Shown here piece after piece: positions 60,901 to 64,000 of a DNA stretch of 64,000 nucleotides; within the stretch, counting starts at the first letter, position 1; each line of letters starts with the position of its first letter. The stretch comes from Candidatus Multivoradales bacterium (GTDB lineage Bacteria > Acidobacteriota > Thermoanaerobaculia > Multivoradales > J023). Where the stretch lies: the NCBI GenBank assembly GCA_965248925.1, contig CBDFLE010000006.1, positions 992,001 to 1,056,000 on the forward strand, in the 5' to 3' direction. Made by a program: the position numbers and the translations under genes. The notes beneath the pieces were generated by a model. The model did not search any database. It was not told the origin of the DNA and saw nothing but the letters and a program-made list of their open reading frames with translations.

Positions 60901-62826
60901 GTGGGCAGCAACCGACGCCGAGGCAAGCTAGAGAAGGCGGTGCGCCATAACTACGTCTTTAGCCCCCTCCTCCCCGGCAAGGTGCTCGACGCGAAAGTCA
61001 CCGAGATCTACACCTACAAGGGCCGCGACGGCCGGGTCTCAAGCAGGCGCACCCGCGCCGAGGTCAACGGTACGCTAGTGACCGACTTCAACCAGTCGTG
61101 GATTTTCGACGGCCTCGGCCAGGTAACCCAGCTGGGCTACCCGCGCTGCTCCGGCATCCCAAATTGCCCCAACGTGACAGCGCCCTCGCCCAACCGCAGT
61201 TTCATTCGTGCCCAGGGTTACCTGGTAGCGGTGCCGGGCTACGCCAGCTCGCTGACCTACCACCCAAGCGGTATGATAGCCAACGTCGTGCATACCAACG
61301 GCCTCACCGATGTTTGGGACGAAGACCGAGGCCGGCCACGGCCGAGCAGGATCAGTGTCACCGGCACGGTAGCCGCCAGCTTGGGTGACCACAGCTATGA
61401 CGGATCCGGAAACCTGGTCCGCCGCCGCTTTGCCGGCGTCTTCGACGATCATTACACTTACGACGGCTTGAACCGAATCAAGGTCTTCGAAGATTCCTCC
61501 GGCGACCAAGGCTATCAATACGATCCGTTCGGCAATCTGACCGGCATCACCGGAGTCAACGGCCGCACCTTGGCCGTCAATCGAGCCACGAACCGGCTCA
61601 GCGGCGCGGTGGTCTACGACGGTCGCGGTAACATCCTCGCCTGGGGGTCGCAGCTTTATTCCTACGATGCTTTAGGCATGATGAGCACCCGCAACTATCC
61701 CGAGCACACCTACATCTACACCGCAGACGAAGAGCGCTTGTGGACCTTCCGCTGGCAGGGCTCCTTCGAAAGCCTGGTCGAGACCTGGACCGTCCGCGAT
61801 CTTGACGGCAAAGTGCTGTCGATCTTCGAGAACCCCAAAGGCACCAATCCCTGGACCTTCCTCAAGGATTACGTCTATCGCGGCGGCAAGCTGCTGGCCA
61901 CCGACACCGCCTTGACGAGCCGCCGGTCGCGACAGCACTTTAGCCTTGACCACCTGGGCAGTTCGCGGCTGACTACCGACCGCAACGGTGCGCCGATCGC
62001 CAGCCACACTTACTACCCGTATGGCGAGGAGGTGGGCGCCGCCTTCGACTCCGAGCAGCTCAGGTTTACTGGGCACGAGCGAGATTTTGCTGGCGGGACT
62101 TTTGACCTCGACTACATGCATGCTCGGCATTGCAGTCCGCATTTGGGCAGGTTCATGAGTGTTGACCCCGAGGCCGCGAATGTCGACAGAGGACTACCAC
62201 AAACCTGGAATGCATTCACCTACGGGTTGAACAATCCACTCCGATTCGTTGACCGAGACGGTCGCAAGATCTCTCTTGCGAGCCTCACCGACGAACAAAA
62301 AACAGAGCTTGTGGAACAGCTCAGGGAGAAAACAGGTCTCGATCTAAGCCTCACCGACGATGGGTTACTTGTCTCAGGAGGGGCTCTCACCGGCGCAGAC
62401 GGGTCTTCCCAAGGCAGTGCGTTGGCGGCCGATTTTGTCTCTGATGCGATCAATAGCAGCACTGTGTTTTCAGCGCTGCCGAGAAATAGTTCCACCGCCA
62501 CTTTCATGGGAAGAGCGATAGGCAACCTGATTTTTCTGGACTATGACGATATCGCAAGAATCAAGCATGGCAACAATTCACCTGCTACTTTTGACGCAGG
62601 AATGATCTTTCTGCACGAACTAGCACACGTTTTCTTAGGCCTGAAAGACCCACCAAAATCCATGACCATAAGGCACCCCTCAGTAAAAGGTGCCACGGTA
62701 ATCAAAATGAACAAAATTCGCAAACAGCTCGGTTTGGAAATGAGAGGTCAATACACTGCTGCGGCTGATCAGACAGGAAAGCCCTATTTACCTTTTAGCA
62801 AGGGGCCTATTTATGTTTCGCGATAG
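57925..62826 (+). CDS. Rhs/YD-repeat polymorphic toxin with Sec signal peptide and HExxH C-terminal domain
   Basis: Signal peptide; YD repeats; core DHLGS...YYPYG...FTGHERD...GRFMSVDP...NNPLRFVDRDGR; CT from ~62266 with LHELAH. Confidence 0.92.
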   Translation: MKTTPQPFRLLSTGCLPALILALLPVLFLLFPAISHGAQQHPTSERGFTPEKAYAFGDIDHVSLYNGALTLTLPIGPTYRVGRGLSYSLTLVYNSKLWDWEIECGTGNCDSVAWANRDSNSGLGWQLSLGRLVPPLTPPRNDTPRWLYISSDGSEHFFYDTLANEAPVANVYYSRDSTYLRLKKAGSQWQLEDGSGVTHTFNANGDLRRQEDAFGNYLTIGYDANTWDIADSTGRTHTLTFANKLLDGAQVPHLTRANLAAFGGQRALWNFTYQLATVDRPVPSPNAGAYAAPRAHFLTKISLPHGQSYEMGPVAQRYHLSRVTDPRSVGQIKAVDLPTGGLVAWAYENYKFYTNGEPLTGPGRPRLEFQLSSGVSSRRLIDTTGGELGKWTYDQVVTSEGGNPAVESITTVRAPSGQRTIHFFSTYQGGTTSVATANELDLGLPFTPKNPVGERRLSQRVLSAGGTDLRRVEVGYKRDAPAPVRDEQVRGQLAPAARDRNQRKFVTRTIYKDDGNRYAEDRMSGYDGVGHYRRTVRKDNFDGVKTRNQFTRYHPGGMPNTNQDWVLGTYTYQTTVDTGGATLRRDTCFDPATGFLKVERVRKANPLPGSDDVVRTMSYDRDPGSKIETVVVRHFGGDTGAVAAPGDVCALNPAHSTSHVALEHKWQYGSGRSSQYLKLDGSRFSFFEVLQAVDRNSGLISASTDRSGIVTGLKYDLLGRRTEFKPSAGHGAWTLYAYTNTFNSAGPGVEIRQIDRDTSAALAKRELRFDGIGRLILERQRQPGGLWANRVTAYSGEGWTQSESEWYRPAGTVHRTYFDYDAFGRVTKIVPPDGATHDVRVTYVGDRRVKRWGRVGTSVAGNGSVNQTQFATEEIYDGYGRLVRVSEPAGGLLATYFYDSGDRLKQANLKGGSTTQIRTFEYDGRGFLLSENHPEAQQITYSNHDSRGKARRRVQAGVDLSYTFDRAERLTLMREGSAGNRVLKELTYATTNVGSNRRRGKLEKAVRHNYVFSPLLPGKVLDAKVTEIYTYKGRDGRVSSRRTRAEVNGTLVTDFNQSWIFDGLGQVTQLGYPRCSGIPNCPNVTAPSPNRSFIRAQGYLVAVPGYASSLTYHPSGMIANVVHTNGLTDVWDEDRGRPRPSRISVTGTVAASLGDHSYDGSGNLVRRRFAGVFDDHYTYDGLNRIKVFEDSSGDQGYQYDPFGNLTGITGVNGRTLAVNRATNRLSGAVVYDGRGNILAWGSQLYSYDALGMMSTRNYPEHTYIYTADEERLWTFRWQGSFESLVETWTVRDLDGKVLSIFENPKGTNPWTFLKDYVYRGGKLLATDTALTSRRSRQHFSLDHLGSSRLTTDRNGAPIASHTYYPYGEEVGAAFDSEQLRFTGHERDFAGGTFDLDYMHARHCSPHLGRFMSVDPEAANVDRGLPQTWNAFTYGLNNPLRFVDRDGRKISLASLTDEQKTELVEQLREKTGLDLSLTDDGLLVSGGALTGADGSSQGSALAADFVSDAINSSTVFSALPRNSSTATFMGRAIGNLIFLDYDDIARIKHGNNSPATFDAGMIFLHELAHVFLGLKDPPKSMTIRHPSVKGATVIKMNKIRKQLGLEMRGQYTAAADQTGKPYLPFSKGPIYVSR

Positions 62827-63256
62827 AAAGCTGTTGTGCTGGATAGCATCGGCGTGCGCTCTTTTAGCACTTGGGTGCTCCTTGGCGTCCTTGTTCTCCG
62901 GGCCAGCGCTTGTGGTGGTTCATCTAGAGGGAGGTCCCGCGCCAATAGCTACAGTCTTGAGTATTCGCAGCGATGGGCATTGTTCCTGCCGAAGAGGCGG
63001 GATAAAGACCGAAGGTAGAGTTGAAATGGAGCGCGTTTTGGTAGTTCTAGAGCTAGCCCGTGGTGCTGCTCTCTGGGACAACCAAGACCCTTCGGTGTTT
63101 GATGTTGAGGAATTGGGTTTCTATTTTGACGGCGGTGAAAGTACTTTTTATCCTGAACGGCTTTCCCCGGAAGAGCAGTCGCTGCTCAAGGAACTCGACA
63201 TGCACTTCGCTAAGATCTGTGGCATAGAGCAGTTTATGAACGACCGAGCTTATTAG
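62813..63256 (+). CDS. Putative immunity protein (lipoprotein-like)
   Basis: Overlaps the Rhs stop; low GC like the CT; LLALGC signal. Confidence 0.65.
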   Translation: MFRDRKLLCWIASACALLALGCSLASLFSGPALVVVHLEGGPAPIATVLSIRSDGHCSCRRGGIKTEGRVEMERVLVVLELARGAALWDNQDPSVFDVEELGFYFDGGESTFYPERLSPEEQSLLKELDMHFAKICGIEQFMNDRAY

Positions 63257-63450
63257 GGCTTCGCGCCGCCGCTCGGCTCATGCCGAATCAGAGCAAGCAG
63301 GGCGGCGGCAAGTTGACATCTGTCGTCAACTCAAGAGATTCAGGGTTGAGTCTGATGCGATGTTTAGCGTAAATTTGTCATTGATGAGCGACTTCAACGG
63401 CGCTGCAGCGGTCGGCGAGTTCTTCGGTAGGCTGTTGTCAAGAATGCGCA

Positions 63451-64000
63451 ATGTTTTGCGACCTACCTAACGGACCAGCGCCCTCGCCCAACCGCAGCTT
63501 CACCCACGCCCAGGGTTACCTGGTGGCGGTGCCGGGCTACGCTAGTTCGCTGACCTACCATCCAAGCGGTATGATCGCCAACGTCGTGCATAGCAATGGC
63601 CTCACCGATGTTTGGGACGAAGATCTAGGCCGACCCCGGCCGAGCAGGATCAGTGTTACCGGCACGGTAGCCACCAGCTTGGGTGATCATAGTTACGATG
63701 GATCCGGAAACCTGGTCCGCCGCCGCTTTGCCGGCGTCTTCGACGATCATTACACCTACGACGGCTTGAACCGAATCAAGGTCTTCGAAGATTCCTCCGG
63801 CGACCAAGGCTATCAATACGATCCGTTCGGCAATCTAACCGGCATCACCGGGGTCAACGGCCGCACCCTGGCCACCAACCGCGCCACCAACCGGCTCAGC
63901 GGCGCGGTAGTATATGACGGTCGCGGCAACATCCTCGCCTGGGGCTCGCAGCTTTACTCCTACGATGCTTTAGGCATGATGAGCACCCGCAACTATCCCG
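63451..64000 (+). CDS. Orphan Rhs module (partial; runs off the window)
   Basis: 63476-64000 aligns without gaps to 61178-61702 of the main Rhs; the reading frame is open from ATG 63451. Confidence 0.85.
   Translation, partial: MFCDLPNGPAPSPNRSFTHAQGYLVAVPGYASSLTYHPSGMIANVVHSNGLTDVWDEDLGRPRPSRISVTGTVATSLGDHSYDGSGNLVRRRFAGVFDDHYTYDGLNRIKVFEDSSGDQGYQYDPFGNLTGITGVNGRTLATNRATNRLSGAVVYDGRGNILAWGSQLYSYDALGMMSTRNYP

Overview
GC-rich bacterial chromosomal window. Gene content suggests a diderm, most likely Acidobacteriota/Thermoanaerobaculia-like; this is inference only. Layout: (1) 1-23.4 kb is an extracytoplasmic region. It holds three CRTAC1/ASPIC-UnbV FG-GAP lipoproteins, TPR lipoproteins, a gingipain/PorU-like C25 peptidase lipoprotein, two TMTC-like GT-C/TPR glycosyltransferases, small secreted proteins that end in a conserved PVELxxFxVD-stop tail, and a lipoprotein carrying an Ig-like W-x-TASE domain that lacks exactly that strand. 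A partly duplicated STAS / deoxyhypusine-synthase-like locus interrupts it. (2) 23.4-43 kb is mostly housekeeping: K+ channel, fabF-acpP-fabG-fabD-plsX-rpmF-yceD with no fabH, GT4s plus a WcaJ-like transferase, a MoxR-DUF58-transglutaminase triad and a DPM1-like GT2. (3) recA is followed by a decayed ECF-sigma/Ser-Thr-kinase pair, NhaC, DUF4388, a large OM protein and Smr. (4) 54.5-64 kb is accessory: an HTH-TPR gene, two PCD-like genes, a signal-peptide Rhs toxin with a HExxH C-terminus, an immunity gene and an orphan Rhs module. Best candidate for an undescribed system: a PVEL-tail split-Ig (donor-strand) surface sorting or assembly system with a C25 protease and TMTC-like glycosyltransferases. 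No tRNA, rRNA, CRISPR array or transposase was recognised.
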